DNA of 56,756 bases, the filler included, from Trypethelium eluteriae (Eukaryota): NCBI GenBank assembly GCA_051942245.1. It is 2 parts of 2 records of this genome, joined end to end, with 100 filler letters (N's around TTAATTAATTAA, not from the genome) between each part and the next. Parts side by side here need not be neighbours in the genome. Positions count along the whole stretch, not along the records: positions 28,459 to 56,756 come from JAVECL010000313.1; 1 more part is not named here. The stretch is one strand, 5' to 3'. The notes under the pieces were generated by a model. That model saw nothing but the letters and a program-made list of their open reading frames with translations, ran no database searches and was not told the origin of the DNA. Numbering within the stretch: position 1 is the first letter of the stretch; each line of letters opens with the position of its first letter. Shown here one piece after another: positions 35,903 through 46,931 of this stretch. The translations under genes and the position numbers were made by a program.

Positions 35903-38437
35903 CTACTCCTCGTCCGAATCCGCAAACATATCCATCGCCTTCGGTCTATTCCTCTTGGCTCTCGCAGCCGCTGTCTCGCCTTCTCCAAGCGTGTCATTGC
36001 TGGGTCCCAAAGTTTGAGGCTCATTCTGAGATCCATCCGCTGGCTTGCCACTATGATCTCCCCGAAGAATTTTCGGAATGGCTTGCAGCTCCGCATATTC
36101 CTCTTCTGTCAAAAGCTCCTTCAGATCACCTTCTGCTATTTCAAGATTAGTCATCTCCGCGTCAGTCATTGGTATGCCATCCGCGTTCTCTGGGTTGGTT
36201 GCGTCGTCATTCGTAACGTCCAATTCCATTTGCTCGTCATTTGTCTGCATATCCGACGAGTGATGCAGATGCATCGGTCGTCTGTCTGGACTGCTCTGCA
36301 GAGCTGCTTTGTTTTTGGGTGCCTTCTCCTCCACACTCTTCCACTTACTCTTTGCTTTGCTTTTCTCTTGCTCCTCAATCTCCTTCTTCTCGATCGCCTT
36401 CTTCTCTTCTGCTGTCAAGGGCGGCTTCTCAAAGACATCCTTGAAGTGCTGAATCTTGTCTGGATCAAATACGCTGTTCGTCTCCCAATTATTGAATACG
36501 ACGCCAATGGCTCGCTTCCATTTGTCGGTCCTGATACGTCCCCATTGCATTTCTTTCTCCAGCCTCCCAAGTTTTTCGAAGATATGTCGCCTTTCCAGAA
36601 CGGGAGCAAAGGTGCTGCGATATCGCCAAGCCCCCCTAACCCCGGCATTTGCACAGCTATTGAGAAGATTGGTAATGACGTACAGGGCTACGAGCTTGGC
36701 AGAGCTTTTATCCTCTTTTTCCTTGTCTTTGTTCCTAGCAGCTTCACCATCGGAATCGCTATTTTCATTACTACTGTCCCTGTCTCGATCGGGATTTGCG
36801 CTGGTGTATGCGAAGGGCAGCTCCACGTTCGTCACCAAGAGATCAATAATTTCGTCCATGGCGATTGAGGCATATTTGATAGCGAAATGTGTGACACTTG
36901 CCACGTGTCCTCGTCGGAGGCGAGCAGTCGAAGTTGGGAGGCGAGCAATCATCCGTGTCAGTCTCGCCCTCTGCAGTAGGTTCAAGAATTGAAATGGCTT
37001 CTGCTCTCCCTCAGTTGCTGTGAGACTAGGTTCACCAGCCAGATGATCGCGATGTCTGCTCGCAATGTTGTCATCGTCCGATTCTTCTTCCGCTGAAGAA
37101 TCATAATCGGAGCATTCCACGATTTCCTCGAATGAGGTAACCCACTCAAAGGGAATGTGTACAGGTGGCGGTCTCCAAAGGGGCCCTTCGTCATAGATCC
37201 GCACTAATTCGCCTGGATGCTTTTTTGGCTCGTATCCAGTCATCAATTCCCACAGCTTCCATCGATAATATACGCCGGCTTCGCTCCTTGCATCCCACAT
37301 CCAAGCCCAAATTTCATTCTTCTGAACCTCTTCGCAGCTCATGAGTAAGGCTTCGAACTCAGGGCCAAACTCCATCATCTTCTCAATTATGCTATGTATA
37401 TGCCTTATTAGTCCGAGGTCGGTGGGGATGGTAACGTAGACTACGAGCTGAGGCTCCCCGTTTGGCTGGCTAGGTACGGAAGGCGCAAGTGAGGATGGGG
37501 GAGCAAAATTGTGGGTTGTGCCTGGAGGTGGTGCCCGATTGAGTGAGCCAAACGAAGTCGGCCGGAGCGGCTTTGCGTTGAAAGGCAGTTTTGCAGCCGG
37601 TGTTAACACTGAGTTCGCTGTAAAATTTCCACCAAATGTCGCCGATGATAGGTGCCGGGAAATAAACAAGTAGTACCCTTTTCCGAGGTAGCGATTTTGT
37701 AGTTGGCCAATCGCGGTATCGATTTCCATGGCAGGGGTATCTGGTGACAGTGTTATGAGTGCCGACATTGACTTTCGCTCCTGAGATCCCGGTGCTGAGG
37801 GAGGCAAGATCTTGACACCATCGACTTTCAGATTTGAAGGAATAAGGGCTCGAATTTCAGCTTGCGGGGTTCCTGGAGGCAGCGACGATAGATGGACTGT
37901 CGGCTTCGGCGCAGCTTTTTCCATAGCCCTCGTATCTTCCGGATTCTCTCCCAAGTCATCTGGATCTCCAAAAGCAGCGGCGACATCCTTTGACTTTGAA
38001 GACGACTGTTCGTATGAAAATAATCCCTGCTCTCGTCCTTGTTCTTTCGGGTATCCATCTGGCCCTCGCTTCCGCGGGAAAGGTGGGAATGTCGGATCAG
38101 GTCCAAGACTTCCAGGACCACTCTTCGGCAGATTTGATTGTGTGGGTGCAAAATGTCTTTTCGGAGCACTTCCAGGGGGGGCTCCGCCTCTGAGCGCCCC
38201 CGAGCCTGGAGCTGCCGCACCTTCGAATTTGCCAGCTAGTCTTGAGGAGGGTAAGGTATCATTATCATCGTCAAAGGACTTGACAAAGTCTTTCAGTACA
38301 GCTGCGGTCTCTTCCTCTTCGCGTAGGCGCTTTGCTTCGGCTTCGGCTTTTTGGCGCTCGAATATGGTTTTCTTTGGAGCAGCTTTGAGTTTGTCGCTAA
38401 TATCAGGAAATTCTTTGATTGTAGACTTATCCGCCAT
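35903..38437 (-). CDS. U2 snRNP-associated SR140/U2SURP-like protein (RRM, SURP, CID)
   Basis: KKTIFERQKAEAEAKR..EETAAV..FVKSF; degenerate RRM; SURP (GPEFEALLM..YYRWKLW); CID-like (KLVALYVITNLL..AWRYR). Confidence 0.82.
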   Translation of the reverse strand: MADKSTIKEFPDISDKLKAAPKKTIFERQKAEAEAKRLREEEETAAVLKDFVKSFDDDNDTLPSSRLAGKFEGAAAPGSGALRGGAPPGSAPKRHFAPTQSNLPKSGPGSLGPDPTFPPFPRKRGPDGYPKEQGREQGLFSYEQSSSKSKDVAAAFGDPDDLGENPEDTRAMEKAAPKPTVHLSSLPPGTPQAEIRALIPSNLKVDGVKILPPSAPGSQERKSMSALITLSPDTPAMEIDTAIGQLQNRYLGKGYYLFISRHLSSATFGGNFTANSVLTPAAKLPFNAKPLRPTSFGSLNRAPPPGTTHNFAPPSSLAPSVPSQPNGEPQLVVYVTIPTDLGLIRHIHSIIEKMMEFGPEFEALLMSCEEVQKNEIWAWMWDARSEAGVYYRWKLWELMTGYEPKKHPGELVRIYDEGPLWRPPPVHIPFEWVTSFEEIVECSDYDSSAEEESDDDNIASRHRDHLAGEPSLTATEGEQKPFQFLNLLQRARLTRMIARLPTSTARLRRGHVASVTHFAIKYASIAMDEIIDLLVTNVELPFAYTSANPDRDRDSSNENSDSDGEAARNKDKEKEDKSSAKLVALYVITNLLNSCANAGVRGAWRYRSTFAPVLERRHIFEKLGRLEKEMQWGRIRTDKWKRAIGVVFNNWETNSVFDPDKIQHFKDVFEKPPLTAEEKKAIEKKEIEEQEKSKAKSKWKSVEEKAPKNKAALQSSPDRRPMHLHHSSDMQTNDEQMELDVTNDDATNPENADGIPMTDAEMTNLEIAEGDLKELLTEEEYAELQAIPKILRGDHSGKPADGSQNEPQTLGPSNDTLGEGETAAARAKRNRPKAMDMFADSDEE

Positions 38438-38605
38438 TCTGCTGTACCAGGAGATGGGTATAGCTCATGGAAAAATCAGTCAAATTGGGCGTGTGGCCTG
38501 CAAGTGCCGACTCCCAACGAGCTGTAATGGCGCGGCGGGTTGTTTGGAAGAAGGTGCGGAACCAAGCTCGGAGGAGGCCAAGATTTTTGACCCACTCTAA
38601 TCCAC

Positions 38606-38667
38606 TTCACTGCCTTCACTGCATTCACTGCATTCACTGCATTCATTCACTGCATTCATTCACTGCA
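38606..38667. repeat. Imperfect TTCACTGCA tandem array (~6 units with TTCA insertions) in a divergent promoter
   Basis: ttcactgccttcactgcattcactgcattcactgcattcattcactgcattcattcactgca read directly. Confidence 0.9.
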
Positions 38668-38760
38668 AACGACGTCAGAGGCCTCGATCTCTCTATCACA
38701 CTAAAGTGTCGCAGCATACGGCAACGCTTCTCTAATCTTCCGAGATTAATCTTCCCAAAC

Positions 38761-40228
38761 ATGGCCAAAAACGAAGGGACTTCAGCTTTACTACTTTTTC
38801 TTACTCGAGATGCTAAGATTCCACCGTTGACTAGCATCGAAAGAATGAAGGAGATGCAAAAGGCTGGGCTGACTAGATGGCTCACAAGGTGAGTCGAACT
38901 GTTAGCAGCTCTTTCTCATTAACGTTCTTGGACCTGTCGAGAATGCATGTGTATTAATGCACACTAAGACTTGGAATCTCTTCTTTATTCTTTAAACTTG
39001 ATTTGCTATTTGAGTCGGGCTATCAGGGACGTGTCTAGGCCTTGCAAGCATTCCGGGAAGTACATTTGTAAAGCTTCTGGGCTGCAATCTCATGCTTCCA
39101 ACGCATTCTTTCAAGACCCTAATATTTTTGGATTCGAGCAGCTATACGAATATTGAAGCAAGTGACTAAGTAGTCAGCCTTCATGAATCTCGAGTCTGGT
39201 CGAAGTAATCATTTTCGAAAGTTGTATTGAAAGCATTACTGATAGTGGCTTCAAGCTCAGACGATATTGCCAAGTCCACGCTTGGAGAAGTCCAGACTAT
39301 TTTCCAGGATCCAAAGCAAGCCAAACAAGTCCTCAACGCTGCTAAACGTATATCTAAGAAGCGAACATCGTCCGAAGCAGAGTCCAATTCCCCATCAAGG
39401 AAGAAACAAAAACAACCGGCTTCCGAAGAGCCTGTTGACCCTTCCGAGATCGAAAAATCCCTCGTTTTGCCGAATTCATCGGCTAGTGAAGAAGAATTAG
39501 AGAAAATAGTGCTCTTCACCAATCGAGCCCCACTCGTCCTTGCTTTTGCTGTCAGCTTGCTTAAGCATACTATGCCAAGCCAGCCCTTGTCGAGCAGGTT
39601 AAGCTTAGCACAGGCTGTCGTCAGCGTCAACAGCAAGAGCAAAGCCATTAGTCTAGGAATGGAAACCGGAAAGTCTGCGGAGGAGGAAGGATGGGGTGAA
39701 GGTCAGCCACTTTTCAAAGTCATGGGAAGGGAGATAAGAGTGATGAGGAGACCAGGCTACATATGGAAAGAGAGCAGCGAAGATAAGGCGGCGGACGAAG
39801 GCGAGCTCAGCGGAAATAATGACACGCAAGAGGACACCGAGCCAGCCCTATGGGCACTAGATCTTGAATCATGGAAGAAATCTAACGGAAAGGGAGGACA
39901 GATGCCTATTTACACAGCAGAGTCAGCTCGATCATATCTTCTCCGCTCATTCGATACCCCTCCATCTTCCAGTGAGGAGAAGGCGGAGTCGAAGAAAAAA
40001 CGGTCTGGAGCGCAGGTGGCAGCGGCGAAGGAGCACAACCTCAGCCTACTGCTTTCAGCACTTGACATGCTGTATGCATCTTGGGTCTCTCATCTCGATA
40101 CCGCAGAGCTCGATCGAAGAGCATGGGGCTGGTATGTTAGAGTTCGACCCGAGGTGGAGAGTGGACCTGCCGGGTGGGGCGGCAAAGGAGAGGTTAAGCT
40201 TTCAGAGATCCTAGCTCTACGGAGATAA
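38761..40228 (+). CDS. Conserved fungal hypothetical protein; exons 38761-38888, 39256-40228
   Basis: Exon 1 LLFLTRDAKIP; exon 2 TNRAPLVLAFA, SSRLSLAQAVVSVNS and AWGWYVRVRPEVESGPAGWGGKG. A 367-nt intron GTGAGT..CTGAT..AAG is in frame. Confidence 0.8.
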
Positions 40229-40286
40229 ATATTGGCGCTTCTTGGCGGCAAGCCCCTGATCTTCCGGCCTTGGCCGGCCTTTCCAT

Positions 40287-41436
40287 TTAGACTTCAAGCG
40301 AGAAAGTCTGTTTGGGGTCTTGCCAAATCGCTTTGAGGCGTGGTCCGATGATGTCAATGTCTCTCGCGACCGTGATGCTGGCTTCAAGAGAAGACTGTCC
40401 TGATTTTCTTTGCAGGCGAGTAGGAATACCTCTTTCGCTGCCTTCGTACTTGCCGTCTCTGTCAAGCAAGACGGCTTCCCAGCCAGCATCCGTAGCCCCC
40501 ACGACATCTTTCTTGAGCTCATCTCCAACATAGATCGCCATGAGATCTTTCTGGTCTTCAAATTCCTCAAAAGCTTGAGCAGCTATGCGAGCAGCCTCAA
40601 AGATGCTTGGAGATGGTTTCTCCACGCCGGCGTCATAGCTCAGAACCACGAAGTCAATGTCAAGATCACTCTTAGGTCTGAATTCCCGGAAACCCAACTC
40701 TGGTTGATAGCGCTGTCCAACCCTTAGGCCTAATGATTCCAGAATCGGGGGTACACGGTCGTCGGAATTTGTAATGATTCCTACAGTTGTTCGTTGCCAT
40801 GGCCATGAGCTTGGATCTTGGTTGCTGTCTTTCTTGATTTTACGGAGCTTTTCGAAAAATGCTAGCACATCTGGATATATTCTGTACCCTTCTTGATGTG
40901 AGAAGCGATCGATTAAGTCTGGGATGAGCCCTGGTGGGATCGGAGTATCCTTGAGGAATGGCTGAAATGTTTTCTTAATTATCTGCGTAAGCCAGTCAGC
41001 TTAATTACGAGTCAAATGATACACAAAGCCCCCATGCTTGTAATACTAGCAAGAACATCACAAACAAGATCTGCCATTGTTGGACTTAAATGATCCTCAG
41101 GTACTCTAGTGAAGACTTACATTGCCCCACCACTCAGGCGCTGCCATCCCTACCGCTTTGCCATAGTTTGGTCTCTCTTTAGACTCTTCCTTGAAGGCTG
41201 TACGATGAATCAGCATCAGTCAGTAAACTACTCAAGGGCCGCATGCTATCTGCCACACCTTTCCTAAAGGCAGTCTCTAGCTGGTCTTCAGTAAATCCGT
41301 ATAAGCCATGTCGCCGTGCAACCTCGCCATATTGTTGGGGGATCGGAGACTTGGGCGTGAATAGAGTGCCGAACGCGTCAAAGCAGAGCAAAAGATTCTT
41401 TTTGAACAAAGCACGATGATCTATCAACGACCCCAT
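40287..41436 (-). CDS. HAD-superfamily hydrolase (HDHD3-like); introns 41258-41198, 41120-40983
   Basis: Motif I CFDAFGTLF, motif II ITNSD, motif III EKP, motif IV YVGDELKKDVVGA; both introns restore the frame. Confidence 0.88.
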
Positions 41437-41995
41437 TTTCCAGTAGCGGTGAAGGCGGAAGTGAATAAGAGAGAAGGTTCTCGTTGGAATATATGTATCG
41501 TACAGCTACGATAAACCTCCCACTCGGTGACGCCGAAAGTTTAGTCTTACGGTGCTCTCCGAGATCATGGGCTAGCCTGACATCTTTGTTGATCATCAAG
41601 TATCAAAGATAGCGAGGCACGTTGATAAAGGCACTACTCGTGCTCTCCTTAAGGGGCAGGAAATTTTTCTAAGCAAACTTCATCGTGCGACCTTTGTACC
41701 TCCGGCACCGACCTAATGGGTGTTACTGTTGGGAAATTAGAATATCAGTAAAACCCGAGATCTATCAGACTTATCGCCAGGTCCATAAAGGAGCAATTCA
41801 ATAGCTTGAGTATTCGCAAGTATTGCGTCTATTGGTACACAGAGAACAGCAAGGTGCTCCAAGTCTAGGTACGTAAGGGTTGTGGATATCGATCAAGTTA
41901 CGCCCAAGAATGCAGCTATTGCATCCAACCACGTTCAACTCCGCATCGCCATTAGCTATTATGCAGTCATTTAGATAAGCCTGACGAGCTGAGTC

Positions 41996-43693
41996 TCATC
42001 CAGAAGCTTTCTTCTTCCTATCCTTTTCCTTCACCAGACCCTTCCTCAATAATTCCTCGTAGTCGACGACTCTCCTATCTTTATGCGCTTTCGCCTGTCT
42101 CCAACGAACATATAACATGACCGCATCTCTCACCACGACAAACATACAGCCGCCGACAAGACTTCTCGCCCATTTCAGCTGCAAGAGTCCAGTCGGATTT
42201 GTCTTTCCATCCAAAATGGGCGGAGTGACCCAATTCCGAGTAAGGGAGCTCTGGATGAGGGACATGCGTAACAACTCGCCAATGCCAGAGGAAACAGTAG
42301 GGAAGAGAAGAGCGCCAAGGAATTTGGTGGCGATGGTGAGGAGCGACATGCGGAGGCGTTGCTCACGCCGCCGTGGTTGACGGTTGTTGCGTCCTTGCTG
42401 GTTGGCTTCTGGTTGCGCATTCTGTTGGTTTTGTAGTCTTTGCGCATTGTCCACTGCTACTTCTGCTGCTGCCACAGCATCGGCCAGGCGCTCCTGATCT
42501 TGAGGTGGCGCATTGAAGGGAGGAGCTTGTTGCGGCGCATCTTGATTCCGTGCTGCTTCTTCGGCAGCACCGCCGTTGTTCCATCCACCGAATAATCCAA
42601 CTCCACCGCCATCATCGTCATCTTCAACGCCGAGGTCGATTTCCAGAACATCATCGTCGTCGTCGTTTGGAGGTGGTTCTGGGTTTCCGTTCTCGTTACC
42701 ATTATTTTCTTGCCCAAGTCGAGGCTGAACTTCTTTGCTCCATTCAAGTTCTTTCTTGGCCCAAACACGCTCGTAATATGCGTTGTACATGCCTCGTAAA
42801 TAGGGCAGTATGGCGAAAGACAAAGCTGCACTGGGCGGCCAGTGTGAAAGGCCCATTGCGTCGGAGGTATCTGCTTGTGTGGCGAAGAAGACAACCGGGA
42901 GAATAGGGAGAAAGTGATCAGCAAAAGACATCCGAGACATGACGATGATGGTAGGGATAAGGGGGAGGCCGATATCCAGTCTCCAATTCTGAGAGAAAGA
43001 GCGCGCAACATCCTTGAAATGGTCCAGTAGAGATCCCCGGAAGCCCGTGAAAAGAGGTTTTCTATGAAGCATTGGTTCTAATATTCTATCCCCATCATCT
43101 GGCCCAAAAATCGAGTAGATTGTATTGATTCCATGAGTTTCGCATGCTTGACTGATGGTATAACTGAGGACCACGACGACACCAGGTGCCACAGCGTACG
43201 CTGCTAGTCGCTCCAGCAAGTTGACCCCCTCCACCACGAGGCTTCGCGGCCTCGAAAGGACAATCTCGCTTTTGCACTGGGGACATTGCACCTTTGACGA
43301 GGTAACGGTATTCCTGCTAGACGAAGGAGCCTCCATGTCTGCGACCCAATCCAAAAGGCAAGATTCATGGGCGGTCAATGCACATGGACACGGGCTTCGC
43401 CATGCGCCAGCCATAGGAGTATCCTCCGTTTCATCACCTATACATATCCAGCATTTCCGAACCTCGCGCTCCTCGTCTTGACGTGTTTCTGTTGTTGTAG
43501 CTTCCGCGGCTGATTTCTCAGATTCGCTCTGTCGTGGCTCAGGGTTGTTGAGAAGGATGGTTTGCGAGTCCACAGAGGCAGTCGTAATATCGTGACTGGG
43601 AGTGCGAGACAGCCCACCAGGTTGGCCGGACGTCTGTTCGGGGGGTGATTGCCTCCGCTGAGATGGAGCTGCCTGGGGTGGGACGGATGCCAT
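41996..43693 (-). CDS. RINGv (C4HC3) membrane E3 ubiquitin ligase, MARCH5-like
   Basis: CWIC..PCPCALTAHESCLLDW..CPQC followed by several TM helices (GLPLIP; GALLFP; RSLVGGCMFVVVRDA). Confidence 0.85.
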   Translation of the reverse strand: MASVPPQAAPSQRRQSPPEQTSGQPGGLSRTPSHDITTASVDSQTILLNNPEPRQSESEKSAAEATTTETRQDEEREVRKCWICIGDETEDTPMAGAWRSPCPCALTAHESCLLDWVADMEAPSSSRNTVTSSKVQCPQCKSEIVLSRPRSLVVEGVNLLERLAAYAVAPGVVVVLSYTISQACETHGINTIYSIFGPDDGDRILEPMLHRKPLFTGFRGSLLDHFKDVARSFSQNWRLDIGLPLIPTIIVMSRMSFADHFLPILPVVFFATQADTSDAMGLSHWPPSAALSFAILPYLRGMYNAYYERVWAKKELEWSKEVQPRLGQENNGNENGNPEPPPNDDDDDVLEIDLGVEDDDDGGGVGLFGGWNNGGAAEEAARNQDAPQQAPPFNAPPQDQERLADAVAAAEVAVDNAQRLQNQQNAQPEANQQGRNNRQPRRREQRLRMSLLTIATKFLGALLFPTVSSGIGELLRMSLIQSSLTRNWVTPPILDGKTNPTGLLQLKWARSLVGGCMFVVVRDAVMLYVRWRQAKAHKDRRVVDYEELLRKGLVKEKDRKKKASG

Positions 43694-44280
43694 GGTGGAT
43701 CACGCACCTGTCCTTCGGAAATTTAAAAGAATTGATCAGAGGTCAAAGAGCCGCGCGAAGAGGCCTAATAGTAGTAGAATGAGAGGTAGCTTGACCAGAG
43801 AGGCCAAGCCAAGGCTGCATTGGCTCCTGTGATGTGTCGAAACAGACAGGACAGATACCTGAGGTGTGCAAGTACGATAGACGTCATGCGCTTAGACCAC
43901 ACCTTATCTCAGAACTCAGTCTTTCATTGACACACATCACATCACGTACAAAACGTTAGGCTCGCTCGAACACCAGTAGGGTGGCGTGTAATAACAACAG
44001 CACTTGGAGTAGACATATCGGATCTCGGTGCCAAAAATTCTGTTCCACTTTGGTGAAAGCAAGAGAGGTGTTTTTCCTAGGCTGGCTCACCTCGCACGAA
44101 TTGGTAGAGTTCAATTTCTTTGAGTCGATGCAAGTGATTCAAAACCTTTCCTCAGTCTCTAGTGTCAAGAGAAACTCACAAATAGTAGAGTTCCTTTCAC
44201 TAGCATTTGATTCGAACTAATCGCATTCTTGATTCTCTGCATTGTCTACCTAAATAATATTCTTTCTTCCCCACGTTGAC

Positions 44281-46506
44281 ATGGCGGATTCGGATACACC
44301 AATTCGGAGGTCGCACCGAGCACGCCAACCCAACAAAAAATACAGTATCGATGCCTTTGAAGGTATCGAAGGACTTGCTGGATCAGAATCGGAAGATGAG
44401 GTTCTGGAGGACGCTCCCAGCGATGATGATGCCGAATTCAACATAGACCATGATTCTGAACTGCCAGGAGAAGCAGAGGCCGAAGATAGTAACTCGGTGG
44501 ACGAAGGTAGCGCAGGAAGTATATCAGAAAAGTCCAAGGAGGAGGGAGGAGACGATGATGAATCGGTAATTGGCTCTGAAATCGAAGTTGCCCAGGGTAT
44601 CGGGGATCAGGCGCTAAAGAAAAAGAAGCCTCAAAAGCTTCGGGCGCATGTTCGAGAGAACAAAGATGGCATCACTCTATATACTAGAGGTACTGACGAC
44701 TTTCAGAAATCCATTGCGAAAGGAGCTCGGTTACAACATAGCCTTGGACAGGACCCTGACGATATCATACCATACGTCCTGTCACGAGACAAATGGAACA
44801 ATGACACAACATTGCCAAGCCGCTATGCCAGTGAAACGGGAAATGGTGGCATGCGCCGAAGCTTCTTTCATACAGAAGAAATGCAAAACCAAGAAATGGA
44901 TGAAGGCTGGCAATGGTATTATGACCAGCAGGGTGAAGATACAATACGAGAGAAACAATCCCTTAGCAGCCTCGATCAGGAAGAAGCCAAAAGATACATG
45001 ACATTTGAGAGTCCAGCTCAGACCCTTTTCATAGGACCCAAGAACCAGATCATGCAGATCCTACAATTAGGCGATTATCTGGATATCTCAAAGCCATGGC
45101 AATCCGAAGCTACGTCCGCGGTTGACTCGGAGACAGCGAGTCCTAAGGTCTCAGAGCGGAGAGGCTGGGTCATGAATTTAGGCTCGAAGAAGGTCCAATG
45201 CCTGGACTGGGTGTCAAATAGACAAGGGCATACACAATATCTAGCCGTAGCAGTTGAAAAGGGTGGCCGTTACGCCGATAACAAGCCCTTTGAAGCTGCG
45301 AATGCCCCCGCTTTCGCTCCGCAACCGCCAACTCCAGCGTCTCTGCATATTTGGTCTTTTGAAGCAACATCGATCTCTGAAAATGGAAGTTGGACGATGA
45401 ATTCTACCTTTACGCCCCGAATGAGGCTTGTTCTTTGCACCGATTGGGGTGATATAAGAACATTCAAATGGTGTCCAATGCCTGATAGGGATCGGTCGGA
45501 AAGTGCACAGCAGAGCGCGACACGATTAGGCCTCATGGCAGGGATATGGGCAGATGGCTTTCTGAGAGTCATCGATGTGTCTCATACAGCCTCAAAAGAT
45601 GAGACCCAATATCTTCACGTCAATTCCGTGGCGTTCGAAGCACGACCGCCAAGTAGCGTATTTACTGCCCTCGCTTGGCTCTCTACCTTCGATATTGCCG
45701 CCTCCACAGCCCAAGGCTTCGTCGCCATCTTCAACATTGCTGATTGCATCAAGACCTCTTCATCACGCCCATGGTTCTTTAAACCCATATCCGAAACATA
45801 CATCATAAACATCGCTTCTGGATACCCGTCCCGTCCATATCTACTCTTCACTACCTCTATGTCTGGTCACCTACGCATGACCGACCTCCGCGCTCCAGAG
45901 TCCGACAGCGTCGAATCGAGTCGTTCTCGCCTTGGAACGCCTACTCTCGCATGGCACGAAACTTCCCAGAGCCTAATCACATGCGACGACAGCCCATTCA
46001 TCCGATCGCTTCCCATCCGCCATTTCTTCGCGTCCACAGCTCATATGAAGCTTCCCGCAATGGCGCCGCTACCACACTGTCTCGTCACCAGTCCAGTTCA
46101 CGCCAGTGTCCTGGTCGGACTCGCGGATGGGAGTGTAATTGCCACGAATCCATTACGGCGCACTCAGGGTCCAAGAACACAACTGTTCCTGCAGAAGTGG
46201 TTTCAACACGAATTTTCGGGATCGACGCCTCGGGCGCGTGAGCTAGGTGGCGAGGCGGGTGGGGTGGTGAGGTTTAGCGACGGGTTCAAGGTTGAAGTTG
46301 CGGGCACCAAGGAACCCAAGAAAGAAGCAGAAAAGAAGAAACCAAAGGTGGATCTTGGTTTCACTCCTTTGACTGTGTATGAGGAGAAGTCGTGTATTAC
46401 GGCCCTTGCGTGGAATCCAAACCTACACTGTGGAGGCTGGGCTGCAGCAGGGATGGGGAGCGGCCTTTTAAGAGTTGAAGATATAGCATTGGATCGGAGC
46501 GGATGA
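44281..46506 (+). CDS. TFC6: TFIIIC subunit Tfc6/Sfc6-like WD40 protein
   Basis: Acidic N-terminus, WVMNLG..VQCLDW, FKWCP, LMAGIWADG, and C-terminal ITALAWNPNLHCGGWAAAGMGSGLLRVEDI. Confidence 0.78.
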   Translation: MADSDTPIRRSHRARQPNKKYSIDAFEGIEGLAGSESEDEVLEDAPSDDDAEFNIDHDSELPGEAEAEDSNSVDEGSAGSISEKSKEEGGDDDESVIGSEIEVAQGIGDQALKKKKPQKLRAHVRENKDGITLYTRGTDDFQKSIAKGARLQHSLGQDPDDIIPYVLSRDKWNNDTTLPSRYASETGNGGMRRSFFHTEEMQNQEMDEGWQWYYDQQGEDTIREKQSLSSLDQEEAKRYMTFESPAQTLFIGPKNQIMQILQLGDYLDISKPWQSEATSAVDSETASPKVSERRGWVMNLGSKKVQCLDWVSNRQGHTQYLAVAVEKGGRYADNKPFEAANAPAFAPQPPTPASLHIWSFEATSISENGSWTMNSTFTPRMRLVLCTDWGDIRTFKWCPMPDRDRSESAQQSATRLGLMAGIWADGFLRVIDVSHTASKDETQYLHVNSVAFEARPPSSVFTALAWLSTFDIAASTAQGFVAIFNIADCIKTSSSRPWFFKPISETYIINIASGYPSRPYLLFTTSMSGHLRMTDLRAPESDSVESSRSRLGTPTLAWHETSQSLITCDDSPFIRSLPIRHFFASTAHMKLPAMAPLPHCLVTSPVHASVLVGLADGSVIATNPLRRTQGPRTQLFLQKWFQHEFSGSTPRARELGGEAGGVVRFSDGFKVEVAGTKEPKKEAEKKKPKVDLGFTPLTVYEEKSCITALAWNPNLHCGGWAAAGMGSGLLRVEDIALDRSG

Positions 46507-46931
46507 ATCTAAGTAGTATCCCAGGAATGGGTCAGTAGGGCAGATGAGTGGTCCAACGGTCGGAGATAGAAGGCAATCGCTTCAAATAAACCACGTGCTT
46601 GAATTACGGTAACAAGCAAGAGCACCTCACTATTGCGTATGCATGCTAAATGCAGTCCCAAATCTAATTCACTCCCTGTTATTCTTCCAACATTAAAAAA
46701 ATCTGCTGTTATTGTTACATTGGATTATTTCTTCAGTCAGTTGTTCGTCCATCAGTAAATGCCGGACCACTCTCTCTTTGTCCTTTTCCTATTCAGCTTG
46801 GATACTTGTGTCTTCTGCTTCCACTTACAATCCAGTCCCAGCGTTGTGCTTTCTTCCCCTTCCGATAGCTCACTCTGTGCCCCCGGATTCATCTTCATAC
46901 CCTTTAAACAGCCTGCCTCATCCTGCCTCTT

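Noticed and set aside
35846..36868. 340-aa hydrophobic + strand ORF
   Set aside because: Antisense to the K/E-rich SR140-like C-terminus; TTG start.
38606..38667. CRISPR-like array
   Set aside because: No spacers, 9-bp unit, eukaryotic context.
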